From Candidatus Heimdallarchaeota archaeon (lineage in GTDB: Archaea; Asgardarchaeota; Heimdallarchaeia; Heimdallarchaeales; Heimdallarchaeaceae), in the NCBI GenBank assembly GCA_016840095.1, contig JAEOSZ010000024.1:1-64000 (forward strand): a DNA stretch of 64,000 nucleotides, given 5' to 3'. Shown here piece after piece: positions 8,664-18,159 of the stretch (position 1 is the stretch's first letter; each line of letters starts with the position of its first letter). The notes beneath the pieces were generated by a model. That model saw only the letters and a program-made list of their open reading frames with translations, did no database searches and had not been told where the DNA came from. Both the position numbers and the translations under genes were made by a program.

Positions 8664-9158
8664 TTAATCCCATAAGTCATCAGATAATTTTTCAATAGCA
8701 TTTCCATTTGGATCTTGACTCTGTTTTGGAAAATCAAATGTTATGGTTGAAGTCGAAGTAATTTCAATTTTGAAAGTACCTTTATTGAAGCCTTTGTATA
8801 GTTTCGGTAAAATCTCTTGAAGTGTTCCTGTTGAGAGAAGGTCTTTCTTCTCTAACTCTGTTATCACCCAAGAAAACACCTGCTTTATGGCGTTTGAGTC
8901 ATAATTGGTAGAGTCGAATACAGCTACTAAAGAGGCTAGATTATCTCTTTGCTCTGCAGAAGGAATTCTAAAGATGTAGCTAGTAAGATTCAGATTGTTG
9001 AAAGTTGTTGAAGCAAAATCCCCAGGACTTGATCCCATAGGAATGGTTTTGTAAACTAGCTGATTCATCGAATCAGCTGGTATGACATCGGGAAAAGTTT
9101 TGACTAATTCTAATCCCCTAGTGCCCATATTGATTAGACATAAACTTAACGGTTTCAT
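8664..9158 (-). CDS. Stand-alone uDENN/longin-like protein, putative regulator of the adjacent GTPase
   Basis: Likely start ATG 9158 (GGGG SD) rather than 9254. The segments GLELVKTFP and YIFRIPSAEQRDNLASLVAVFD recall NPRL2/FLCN/SMCR8 longin domains. Stop is 12 nt before the GTPase start. Confidence 0.55.
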   Translation of the reverse strand: MKPLSLCLINMGTRGLELVKTFPDVIPADSMNQLVYKTIPMGSSPGDFASTTFNNLNLTSYIFRIPSAEQRDNLASLVAVFDSTNYDSNAIKQVFSWVITELEKKDLLSTGTLQEILPKLYKGFNKGTFKIEITSTSTITFDFPKQSQDPNGNAIEKLSDDLWD

Positions 9159-9416
9159 AAATATCCCCTTGTCTCTTACATTTGTTAGAACTTTAAATAT
9201 GTTTTCAAAACTGCAAACTCCCGTTTCTAAAGGTTTTATCCGCGGATTATGCAAAATTTGATGTGTGTAAAAATATGCACACCGACAAATAACTGAACGG
9301 TGTTCATTTTAAGAAGGATTCAATAAAAACATCCATATTTACTTAGTTAACATTCTAGTCAATTAACAATAAGATATAGAAATAGTTGCTTTCAAATTCA
9401 TTTTAGTTGAAAATAT

Positions 9417-9434
9417 AAAAGAAAAAAAAAGAAA
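9417..9434 (-). terminator. Oligo-U archaeal-type terminator after pmbA
   Basis: A-rich run on + (U-rich on -) immediately downstream of the 9439 stop. Confidence 0.45.
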
Positions 9435-9438
9435 GATT

Positions 9439-10812
9439 TCACCCTGAAATTGTATGATTCATGAAAGTCATAGTCGGAGCATCTAGTGGATATCCTGATC
9501 TTTCTCTATCAGAACCAATTTCTTTGATTTCCATTAGAGTTTTCTTATGGTTTCCTGCAATACTTACTGCTTTCAATGGATGTGCTATCTCTCCGTTTAA
9601 GATCAGAAAAGAGTTAGTTGAAGAAACACTGAAATCCCCAGTAATTGGATTTTCGGTACCAAGACCAATGGGTGTATCTGTTACTAGTATTCCTTTCTCT
9701 AATTCTTCGATTTGCTCATCTAGGTTTTTACCTACGTTTTCGATAACCAGCTGATTCAGTCCTGAAATTGGGATGCTTTCAAAAGGAATTCCTCCAGGAG
9801 CTTGTCTCTGAGCATTACCTGTAGATTTTCCTCCTGCTGCTTGACCATACATTCTGTTAAACAAGAAAGATTTTAGAACTCCATTTTCTATCACAGTTGT
9901 TTTTCCTTTTGGTGTTCCTTCAGAATCTATTTTATGTGTACTGAAATGTTCAGGATTGACTGCATCATCAATCAGATTAAAATCTTTAATAGCTATCTGC
10001 TCATCTAATTTATCAATCCAAGGATTCCTCTTTTCTACATATGTTGTACCTGAAGTTCCTATCATAAATGGAAAGAACAGAAATGCAGCAGCAATACGAT
10101 TTTCCCAGATAGTTGGTAGTACTTCACTTCCCTCAAAAGCTTTTGAACCCAATCCAGCTATTGCTTTATCATATCCAAGTTTACCTATACTGCTAATATC
10201 GGGTATTTTTCTACCAGATTCTCCTTGACTGCCAGTTTTTCGATCTCCATCACCCATAGCAACTACATATGAGAATGCAGTATAGCCTGTAGCTAAAGTA
10301 GCAGCTAAACAACCTTCAGTAGTACCTACTGCATAACCAACAGAATTACGGTTAGCACCAACATAAGTTGATACAATTCGAGTATCCTCTCTATCAATTT
10401 GCTTAGAAATTTCATCACAATGTTCAGAAAGAGCAGTTGCATCTAGATTTAGAATTTCAGGATCAAGAATCCCTTCTTTTGAATATTCTCCACCTGTCGC
10501 AAAACCCATAAACATAGGATTTTCAGGACTCACTTTCGCCATGGTGTAAGCTTTACTTAAGGCATCTTTTATAGAATCATCTGCAAACCCAGTACAACTA
10601 GAGAAACCTAACTTTTTCCCATCTGCAACTTGTATTCCTACTCCTTGAACAACACCATCTCTGCTATCAATTTTGCCATTGTTATCAGACACATTTGTCA
10701 AAGCTTGATTATAGACATATACCTCAGCAGAAGGTATGCCAAGATCTCTAGAGAACTTAAGTGCAGAATCTGCAACTTGTAAAATTTTATCGCGTAAATC
10801 CTCAAATGACAT
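9439..10812 (-). CDS. pmbA: TldE/PmbA family protein
   Basis: DSEG, IENGVL, STGNA and NPITGDFS motifs; no HExxxH; 1-nt overlap with tldD. Confidence 0.88.
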   Translation of the reverse strand: MSFEDLRDKILQVADSALKFSRDLGIPSAEVYVYNQALTNVSDNNGKIDSRDGVVQGVGIQVADGKKLGFSSCTGFADDSIKDALSKAYTMAKVSPENPMFMGFATGGEYSKEGILDPEILNLDATALSEHCDEISKQIDREDTRIVSTYVGANRNSVGYAVGTTEGCLAATLATGYTAFSYVVAMGDGDRKTGSQGESGRKIPDISSIGKLGYDKAIAGLGSKAFEGSEVLPTIWENRIAAAFLFFPFMIGTSGTTYVEKRNPWIDKLDEQIAIKDFNLIDDAVNPEHFSTHKIDSEGTPKGKTTVIENGVLKSFLFNRMYGQAAGGKSTGNAQRQAPGGIPFESIPISGLNQLVIENVGKNLDEQIEELEKGILVTDTPIGLGTENPITGDFSVSSTNSFLILNGEIAHPLKAVSIAGNHKKTLMEIKEIGSDRERSGYPLDAPTMTFMNHTISG

Positions 10813-12230
10813 TATTGAGCACCTCCAACTTGAACTTGATCCATAATCACCTCAGGACCACCAGTTCCAACAGGAAGGGGAAATTGTCCACCTTTGCCAC
10901 AACCACCAAAATAGTTTCCACGTAGTTGAATATTCTTTGTTGTACCTTCTACATATTTTAATAATTCAAGTATGTTTCCTGAAAGTGCAGTTGTTTTGAA
11001 TGGTTTTGTCAGTTCCCCATTTTCAATTAGATATCCTCTGTTACAGTTAAACATGAAATTACCATCCATTGTGACTTGTCCTCCAGACCAACTTACAGCA
11101 TAGATACCATTGTCAACTAACTCGATTGCTTCTTCCAAAGTTAAATCTCCTTTCTCAAAATACGTATTCTTCATCCTAGGAATGGGATTGTACATGAAGT
11201 TAATTCCTACACTGTTACCAGTTGTTTCAGCATTTAGCTTATTAGCAGTCCCTCTGTCATGTAGGTAACCTTTCAAAATGCCTTTTTCAACTAATACAGT
11301 TCTAGAAGTTTTAGTTCCTTGATCGTCATAAGGGAAATACCATCCTCCATAAGGTGTTATTCCTTCATCAATTATTGTTACATGCTCACTTCCTAACTCC
11401 TCACCAACTCTATCAGCAATTGGAGACATTCCTGAAACTACAAAATCTCCTTCAGATAAGTGGCCAAAAGATTCATGAACCACCACACCTCCCATACTAG
11501 GTGAAACTAGAGTTTTCACTTTTCCAGTAGGTGCATTTACAGCATCTAAAAGTTCTTTTGTCCATTTTCCAGCATTAGCTCCAACATTCTCAGGTGTCCA
11601 TCTCTCTTTATCGAAGAACTCTAATCCCATTGATTGTCCCATACCATCTGAAGCTGTAGCTTGTTTTCCATTCTCCATTACAACAGCATTTAATCTCATA
11701 TCCACAACCATAGGAGTCCAGAAAATCTCAGAACCATCTGAGTTTACAAAATATTTCTCACCATAAAATTCACCATATTGAGCTTGGGTACTACTAGCAT
11801 CAACATTTTCTTTAACTGCGGCTACACCTCGTTTCAGTAATTCTAGTTTATCGGTAAATTCGAAATCCTTTGGATGTTTCTTAACTTGTAAAATAGCTTT
11901 ATCCTTTATAGCAGGTCTCTTATCAAATTCTAATTTCATCTTGTTTCTAGGTTCTGTTGAAACAGCGAGTTTCACTGCACCTTGAGTAGCTTTTTTTACA
12001 GCATCAACTATTAATTCAGGAGTAAAAGAAAAACCAGGAGTACCTTTGTAATAAGCCATAACTCCTATTCCTCTTCTTCTTTTTGATGAAGATTCTTTTA
12101 CGATATCATTTGTCAAGTTTATACTTGTTAACTGATAATCATCATATCTAGCATCAATGAAGACTCCATCTGTTTTCTCACCTTCTTCTACAGCTTTTTG
12201 TAGAAGATCAAAAATAAATTCTTCACTCAT
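10812..12230 (-). CDS. tldD: TldD family metalloprotease
   Basis: HESFGHLSEGD zinc motif, YDDQG, RMKNTY, CGKGGQ.PVG.GGP C-terminal motif. Confidence 0.93.
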   Translation of the reverse strand: MSEEFIFDLLQKAVEEGEKTDGVFIDARYDDYQLTSINLTNDIVKESSSKRRRGIGVMAYYKGTPGFSFTPELIVDAVKKATQGAVKLAVSTEPRNKMKLEFDKRPAIKDKAILQVKKHPKDFEFTDKLELLKRGVAAVKENVDASSTQAQYGEFYGEKYFVNSDGSEIFWTPMVVDMRLNAVVMENGKQATASDGMGQSMGLEFFDKERWTPENVGANAGKWTKELLDAVNAPTGKVKTLVSPSMGGVVVHESFGHLSEGDFVVSGMSPIADRVGEELGSEHVTIIDEGITPYGGWYFPYDDQGTKTSRTVLVEKGILKGYLHDRGTANKLNAETTGNSVGINFMYNPIPRMKNTYFEKGDLTLEEAIELVDNGIYAVSWSGGQVTMDGNFMFNCNRGYLIENGELTKPFKTTALSGNILELLKYVEGTTKNIQLRGNYFGGCGKGGQFPLPVGTGGPEVIMDQVQVGGAQ

Positions 12231-12342
12231 TTTATACCTCCAAATAGTTTAAATCTTGCTTTTGGAATTGGTTCAACTGAAGTAGGGGTATTTATAAAAT
12301 TATCTTAAACCCTCTAGTATTATGTTTTAACTATCTAAAGGT

Positions 12343-13329
12343 TTGAATGGCTATTTGCATGTGTTACAAAGTAAAAGTTCAAAAATCAACAATTTCTCCT
12401 TTTTATATCTGGCGGGGTTGCTAGTGAGTACTCAAACCGATTTATATAAAGAAACAATCACATATCAATGTAATAGTTGTGGAAAGAAAAGACTTGCTTT
12501 AATACCTCCAACTATGACCGTTAAATGTGATTCAAGAGGATTGTGTGAGTTTGTTGATGTGCATGTTTGTAAAGATGAAGAGTTGACTGCAAACATCTTA
12601 TTCATAGACACAAACAGAGCAGTTCGTTCTCAAGTTCCTGTTAGTAAAACTGAGCAATCTTCAACTGAAGGATTCGCTATACCAATGCCTTCAAAGACTG
12701 AGCATGCAACTTATCCAATAGTTCCTGAAGAGAACTATAGAGGTAAGGTTATTCGTGAACTTGAAGTAAAAGATGATTTTAGAAATCTGATTTACGTTCT
12801 AAAATCAGATAAAGCTCTAGACAAGATAAATTCAGAAGCTACTTCTAAGTTGGGTTTTATCTCAATTCAAGCAAATCTATCTCGAAATACTACAGACGAA
12901 AAGGCTAGTAAATGGTTGCAGAAATTAGCAGATCTACTAGAGAAAACTGCAAATCTAGATGAAGATATTTTTTCATACTTAGTTTATTTTCTTGATCACA
13001 AAATGTTAGAAGAACTCAATAATCAAAATTCTGCTGAGCTCGACATAATACTACAGTCTACAGTCTCAGTACCTACTGCAAATGAAGATGTTCTCAACGT
13101 CTATAATGAATTAAGAAAAACTATTTTCAAAGATTTGAACATTGTCGATAATATATTCTATACTAATTTGTTGAAATCTTGTATCAAAAATGACAACTTA
13201 ACAATATTAGGAGTTTACAATAGTATGGAACAAAAACTTCCACTATTCCTATATTTGGATGCTATATATAATTTAGAGAAGAACAATCTTATAGAAATAG
13301 AAAAAGTAGAGTTCTTAACAGTTGATTAA
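12343..13329 (+). CDS. Hypothetical protein with N-terminal zinc-binding domain (start may be GTG 12424)
   Basis: CNSC...C...GLC...HVC...ILFIDTNRAVRSQ; possible winged-helix C-terminus. Confidence 0.6.
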   Translation: MNGYLHVLQSKSSKINNFSFLYLAGLLVSTQTDLYKETITYQCNSCGKKRLALIPPTMTVKCDSRGLCEFVDVHVCKDEELTANILFIDTNRAVRSQVPVSKTEQSSTEGFAIPMPSKTEHATYPIVPEENYRGKVIRELEVKDDFRNLIYVLKSDKALDKINSEATSKLGFISIQANLSRNTTDEKASKWLQKLADLLEKTANLDEDIFSYLVYFLDHKMLEELNNQNSAELDIILQSTVSVPTANEDVLNVYNELRKTIFKDLNIVDNIFYTNLLKSCIKNDNLTILGVYNSMEQKLPLFLYLDAIYNLEKNNLIEIEKVEFLTVD

Positions 13330-13337
13330 GAGCTTGA

Positions 13338-14390
13338 TTATTTCTCTTGCTTTAATTTCCTTAGCCATAGAAATTGATCAGATTTGCAATTTGGACATTT
13401 AGAATCTGTTTCTAGCCAAGCAATAATATGGTCTTTGTGAGTATAAACATCGCAACAAGGTGTTTGTACTACAATCTTTTTCTCAGATGGTTTTAAGTCC
13501 AAAAGGCAAACTATACAGATTGGTCTGGGAGATTTACAGCTAGTACAAATGTCTTCAGTTGTTTCAAACGGATCCCCACATTGGTAACAAACGAGTTCTT
13601 CTACTGCAACATCACCAAAGTCCTTTAACATTACGACATCATGTATTAAGTTTGAAAGTTGAAATAAACTAAGTAGTACTTCGGAACTATTGATTGTACC
13701 ATTTATGAAACGTCCATTGAATGAGATTAATTCTAAGTTTTCTTTCATCTCAACCAATAACTCATCAACCTGTTTCTTCTTCAATATTTCCTCATATAAT
13801 ATTGGGTGGTTTGAGAAAAAAGAGTAATAGTTTGAAGACTGAATTTCAGACAATATTTCACCAGAATCTTTCTTGATCATCACTTTCTTAATACTCAAAG
13901 ATATTGGATATTCAAACCTGAGAACTGCTCTTAAGATTATTTCTTCAGATGACTGTACTTCAAGAGAAACTTGATTTAAGAATGCAAATACATTTTCTTC
14001 ATTAAACCCGAAAATGACTCTAGGAAATAAATCATCAGTAATTCTGATATTAACAGCTTCAATAGTTGTAAGAATTGGGTTGAGTTTCTCTTCAATGAAC
14101 TTGATTTTCTCATTTACTAAATCATCTTTTCTTAAAGCTAATACCTTATAGATTCTAGAAGGAGAACCTCTATTTCGTCTTCGTTTAATCCACCAAAAAA
14201 GCTGTATTAAAATGTAGCTAGCAATTAAAGAAGCCAATATTAAAACTGTCAACATATAACCAATCAATTTTTGATGATCAAAATCATAAGAAGCAAAATA
14301 CAAACCAGTAATATAACCAGCAATAAGAAGAAGTAATCCAAAAGTCTTGAAAACTCCTTTCAACCCACTCCTATAGCTTGACCTGATCAT
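13338..14390 (-). CDS. Membrane-anchored zinc-ribbon + RING-finger protein (putative E3 ligase)
   Basis: Two N-terminal TM helices; CYQC..CTSC ribbon, then CIVC-x16-CC-x4-H-x2-H-x3-W-x6-CPNC. Confidence 0.75.
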   Translation of the reverse strand: MIRSSYRSGLKGVFKTFGLLLLIAGYITGLYFASYDFDHQKLIGYMLTVLILASLIASYILIQLFWWIKRRRNRGSPSRIYKVLALRKDDLVNEKIKFIEEKLNPILTTIEAVNIRITDDLFPRVIFGFNEENVFAFLNQVSLEVQSSEEIILRAVLRFEYPISLSIKKVMIKKDSGEILSEIQSSNYYSFFSNHPILYEEILKKKQVDELLVEMKENLELISFNGRFINGTINSSEVLLSLFQLSNLIHDVVMLKDFGDVAVEELVCYQCGDPFETTEDICTSCKSPRPICIVCLLDLKPSEKKIVVQTPCCDVYTHKDHIIAWLETDSKCPNCKSDQFLWLRKLKQEK

Positions 14391-14485
14391 CTTTCAACAT
14401 ATAAATACAAAACAGTAGGTTAAATATATTTCTAATTATATCGATAATTTTGGAGAAACATTATTAATGAAGTACTAAAGACAAA

Positions 14486-15739
14486 TTGAACATGAGCGAT
14501 ATATTCTCAGAAGAGTACTTGGAGAGGAATTGGAAAGAATGGTACTTGGCTCTTCAAGGTGTATTTTATTTTGCACAAGGAGTGGCTTTTGTAGCTATAC
14601 TTGTTTTACCTCTCTTCATGCAGAATGTCATGGGAATGTCTGCAGATCGAGCTTTAAGTTTATATGGAACAATCCTGTTGCCATGGGGAGTAAAGGTAAT
14701 CTATGGACTACTTTCTGATAATGTTTCTATAGGTAAATTTGGTCGAAGAAAACCATATTTAGTAATTGCAGGTGCACTAGGTGCTGTTGGATGGATTGCT
14801 CTGCCTTTCTTTGCCGATTCTTTTGGTTTATTTCTATTTGCAGCTTTAATAGTTTCTATTAGTACAGCTCTTGCAGATGCAACCCTAGATAGCTTGGCAG
14901 TTGATGTGACACCACAAAAACGGAGAGGAGCGATGCAAGCTGTAGGTTGGGGAATGAGAGGAGCAGGTATGGCTTTGTCAGGATTTGTTTTAGGTATATT
15001 CATGAACTTAGCTTATTGGAAAATCATCTATATCTTGCCTGGAAGTTTTATGATCGCAACTTGTTTCATTGTTCTGCTATTTCCAGAAAAGAGAATCACT
15101 AAAGAAGACAAGATAATTGCAACTGATTGGAGTATGTACAAAAATGCTCTAAAGAAAGGTAGTTTTTGGTGGGTTTCACTTTTTATGATTCTATCTGGAA
15201 CAGGGATTACTGTTGTGTCAGTCTTTACAACTTTTGTTAGTGTGGAGACAGCTCTAAGTTTACTTTATGTTGGGATTGGAGTTACTGTGTTTGCATTAGG
15301 TCAATTCTTTGGTGCAGGAGTTATTGGATTGCTTGGAGATTATTTACCTCTAGCTCCTGTTCTTATAGGTACTACAGTCGTTTATTCCGGATTAATCGGA
15401 ACTATGTTTCTTATATCTTCAAGTAGTATGGCTGTAATATATACTATTGTTGTCTTTATTGGTGCAATTAATGGTGGATACGAAGCCACACAGATGAGAA
15501 TAGGGATGGAGCATTCTGTTGGTCCTGTTGGAGGGACTCTCTACAATTGGTTCATGAGTCTTTCTAATCTAGGGCAACTAACCCTTGGAGCATGGTTTAT
15601 AGCTGATTTAGCAGAAGAAGGTACATTTAGTTATCCAGTTGCTATGCAATTTGCTATAATTTTCCTAGTGCTTGCATTGATTCCAGCTTGGTTTGCTATA
15701 AAAACAATAAAGAAAAAAACCACAGAATCAGAGAATTAA
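14486..15739 (+). CDS. MFS transporter (AmpG/BT1-like)
   Basis: About 12 TMs; LPWGVKVIYGLLSD, FGRRKPY, ADATLDSLAVD. Confidence 0.88.
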   Translation: MNMSDIFSEEYLERNWKEWYLALQGVFYFAQGVAFVAILVLPLFMQNVMGMSADRALSLYGTILLPWGVKVIYGLLSDNVSIGKFGRRKPYLVIAGALGAVGWIALPFFADSFGLFLFAALIVSISTALADATLDSLAVDVTPQKRRGAMQAVGWGMRGAGMALSGFVLGIFMNLAYWKIIYILPGSFMIATCFIVLLFPEKRITKEDKIIATDWSMYKNALKKGSFWWVSLFMILSGTGITVVSVFTTFVSVETALSLLYVGIGVTVFALGQFFGAGVIGLLGDYLPLAPVLIGTTVVYSGLIGTMFLISSSSMAVIYTIVVFIGAINGGYEATQMRIGMEHSVGPVGGTLYNWFMSLSNLGQLTLGAWFIADLAEEGTFSYPVAMQFAIIFLVLALIPAWFAIKTIKKKTTESEN

Positions 15740-15752
15740 TTTCTCTTGTAAT

Positions 15753-16559
15753 TTATCTTTCTTTGCAAAATTCTTCTAGAAACTCAGCAGTTTGCAGAAA
15801 TTCAGAAAGTCTTCTAACAAATCTAGTAGCTGGAGCTCCATCAATTATAACATGATCTATTTTGATAGCAATATTTAGAAATTCTCTATTTTCAAGATTT
15901 CCGTTTACTATTCTTGGTTGCTCAGATATTCCTCCGATAATGATATTTAGTGGATGGTGGCCAAGATTTATTGCCCATCCATATAATCCCTTTGCAAACA
16001 TTCCTAAAGGATTAAGATGAACAGTTCCATTGAGTTTCTTCAAGAAGAAAGGGTTATTACGTAAGCGTCTCCAAAAAATTAATTTTCGAATGGGTTTTGG
16101 GAGACCAAATAACATTTTGAGAGTTTTTTGAGGTATTCCTGTGGTCATTTCTTTCTTTTCTGGATATTGAGCAGCTCTTATTTCTTCATGTAATTCTTTG
16201 AGACTCTTCTCATTTGCTTTCCTTACAACTAATAAAGACGGAAATGCTTTACCATCTATTATTTTCTCAATTGGTATAGAAAGATCTACATCTTCAAAGT
16301 AGATAAGGTTTTTTCCTTTTTTAGCTGATTGAGCCTCTTTGTTCTCTCCAACAGCTGTTGCGACACATTTTGCCACCCATGAAGTAAAGGATAGGCTTTC
16401 ACCCTCTCGATCTTTATAACAAGCGAAAATTCTTCTAGCTTCAGTTATATCTACATCAATTAAACCAGTCATATAGTATCTTTTTTTAGAAAACTTTGTT
16501 ACTTCTTCTTGGAATTTACGTTTAAATGGTTTAGTTGTGTAATTACCAATTTTATCCAT
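15753..16559 (-). CDS. Stand-alone 2-oxoacid dehydrogenase acyltransferase (E2-like catalytic domain)
   Basis: DHVIIDGAPATRF catalytic motif; no lipoyl or E3-binding domains. Confidence 0.85.
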   Translation of the reverse strand: MDKIGNYTTKPFKRKFQEEVTKFSKKRYYMTGLIDVDITEARRIFACYKDREGESLSFTSWVAKCVATAVGENKEAQSAKKGKNLIYFEDVDLSIPIEKIIDGKAFPSLLVVRKANEKSLKELHEEIRAAQYPEKKEMTTGIPQKTLKMLFGLPKPIRKLIFWRRLRNNPFFLKKLNGTVHLNPLGMFAKGLYGWAINLGHHPLNIIIGGISEQPRIVNGNLENREFLNIAIKIDHVIIDGAPATRFVRRLSEFLQTAEFLEEFCKER

Positions 16560-16657
16560 TTCTACTCAACTGAAATCCTTTTAGGTTATTTATTAAGTTT
16601 ATCAACTTGCAAAATTCAATAGATTCTATCTTTGAAGGTTTAAAATTAATAAGTAAC

Positions 16658-16993
16658 TTACCATTTTTCTTCAGGTCTTCTCTCAGGTAACATGTCAATT
16701 TCAGATGAGAAATCAAATTGAGAATCAAAGTATAGAGCACAATAACATCTTCCGAATTCTTCAATATCAGGTTGTGCATAATCACAAGGACAAATAATAT
16801 CTCTGTCAAACTCTCTATCTTCATAAGTATCTCTGCAAGGACAGTTAAAATAGCCTACTCGATTGAAGTATTCTTTCAAACCATCTACTAGCATGTCAAG
16901 AGTTCCATCATCATTTGGATGGAGAATCCATCCTCTTTTCTCTGCAACTTGTTTTACATACTTAGAAACATCTTCAGTTGTTTTCTCTTTCAT
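16658..16993 (-). CDS. Ferredoxin:thioredoxin reductase catalytic subunit-like protein
   Basis: CPCR, CPC and CYCALY cysteine motifs. Confidence 0.92.
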   Translation of the reverse strand: MKEKTTEDVSKYVKQVAEKRGWILHPNDDGTLDMLVDGLKEYFNRVGYFNCPCRDTYEDREFDRDIICPCDYAQPDIEEFGRCYCALYFDSQFDFSSEIDMLPERRPEEKW

Positions 16994-17002
16994 AAGATCA
17001 TC

Positions 17003-17329
17003 CTATTCTAGAAACATTTCTTTCCAATTATCTATATTAAAACCAGCGTAGAATTTATCTCCATCAACTATCAAAAATGGATATCTAACCATTGTATTGA
17101 AAAACTTACTTACAGCTCTCTTGAACTCTCGTTTGTCATCAAAAGGAATTTTATCAACATCAATATATCTATATTTGTAATTATTTTCTTGTAACCATTT
17201 CTTCCCCTTATTACACCATTGACAAGTGCTAAGTGCTAACATGAATATATCACTTGTTTGTTTTTCACCTTCAACGATTGTTACTTCCCCAGGAACTTTG
17301 ATATCTTCGAATTTCATTGTACTATCCAA
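17003..17329 (-). CDS. Glutaredoxin-like protein
   Basis: ALSTCQWC redox motif and cis-Pro RYP; directly upstream of the FTR-like gene. Confidence 0.88.
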   Translation of the reverse strand: MDSTMKFEDIKVPGEVTIVEGEKQTSDIFMLALSTCQWCNKGKKWLQENNYKYRYIDVDKIPFDDKREFKRAVSKFFNTMVRYPFLIVDGDKFYAGFNIDNWKEMFLE

Positions 17330-17426
17330 TAAATGTTATATCAAGTGATTATAAATTTATTTCTTTTTCCAAGATTGGTCAACTATGTAAGAGAAATTTT
17401 TGGTATAAGTCAGCACTTTTATTCGT

Positions 17427-18074
17427 TTGAAGGTAATATTGATTATGGAAATTACAAATCCTGAAGTAGAGAAGTATATGACTACTTTACTAGAAAATCG
17501 AGCGGTTATTTACAAAGAAATAGAGGATTATGCTGAAGGAATCAATTTCCCAATTATAGAACCATTAGTTGGAATATTATTGAACCAATATTCTAGATTA
17601 ATAGATGCAAAAAGAATCTTAGAATTAGGTTCAGGTTTTGGATATTCAGCCCTATGGTTTTCAGAAGGGATGAATGAAGAAACAGAGATAATATGTACAG
17701 ATTTCAAAGAAGAAAATAGAAAACTTGCTTTGGAGTTTTTTCGAAAAGCAAGAGTTAGAACAAGAATCGATTTTAGATTGGGAAATGCAATTGAGATATT
17801 AGATGAGCTAGAAGGGGAGTTTGATATAATCTTTAACGATGTAGAAAAAGAAGACTACCCTGAGGTTTACATAAAAGCAATTCCCAAATTGAGAAAAGGT
17901 GGATTATTAATTACTGATAACACTTTGTGGTATGGGAAAGTTGCTCAACAAGAGATAACTGACTATCAAACCAAAGGATCTAGAGAATACAATAAATTGG
18001 CATTTGAAGATAGTAGGGTTCTATCGGTCATTTTACCTCTAAGAGATGGACTTACTGTCTCAATGAAACTGTAA
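17427..18074 (+). CDS. SAM-dependent O-methyltransferase (YrrM/caffeoyl-CoA OMT family); likely start ATG 17445
   Basis: ILELGSGFGYSALW, FDIIFND, GGLLITDNTLW.G, RDGL. Confidence 0.9.
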   Translation: MKVILIMEITNPEVEKYMTTLLENRAVIYKEIEDYAEGINFPIIEPLVGILLNQYSRLIDAKRILELGSGFGYSALWFSEGMNEETEIICTDFKEENRKLALEFFRKARVRTRIDFRLGNAIEILDELEGEFDIIFNDVEKEDYPEVYIKAIPKLRKGGLLITDNTLWYGKVAQQEITDYQTKGSREYNKLAFEDSRVLSVILPLRDGLTVSMKL

Positions 18075-18159
18075 TCTTTCTTTAAAACCTTCTATTGATT
18101 ATCATGCTTCTATTTTTTTACAAAAACAAAAATAAGAAAAGGAGAGTTGAGTAAATTCA

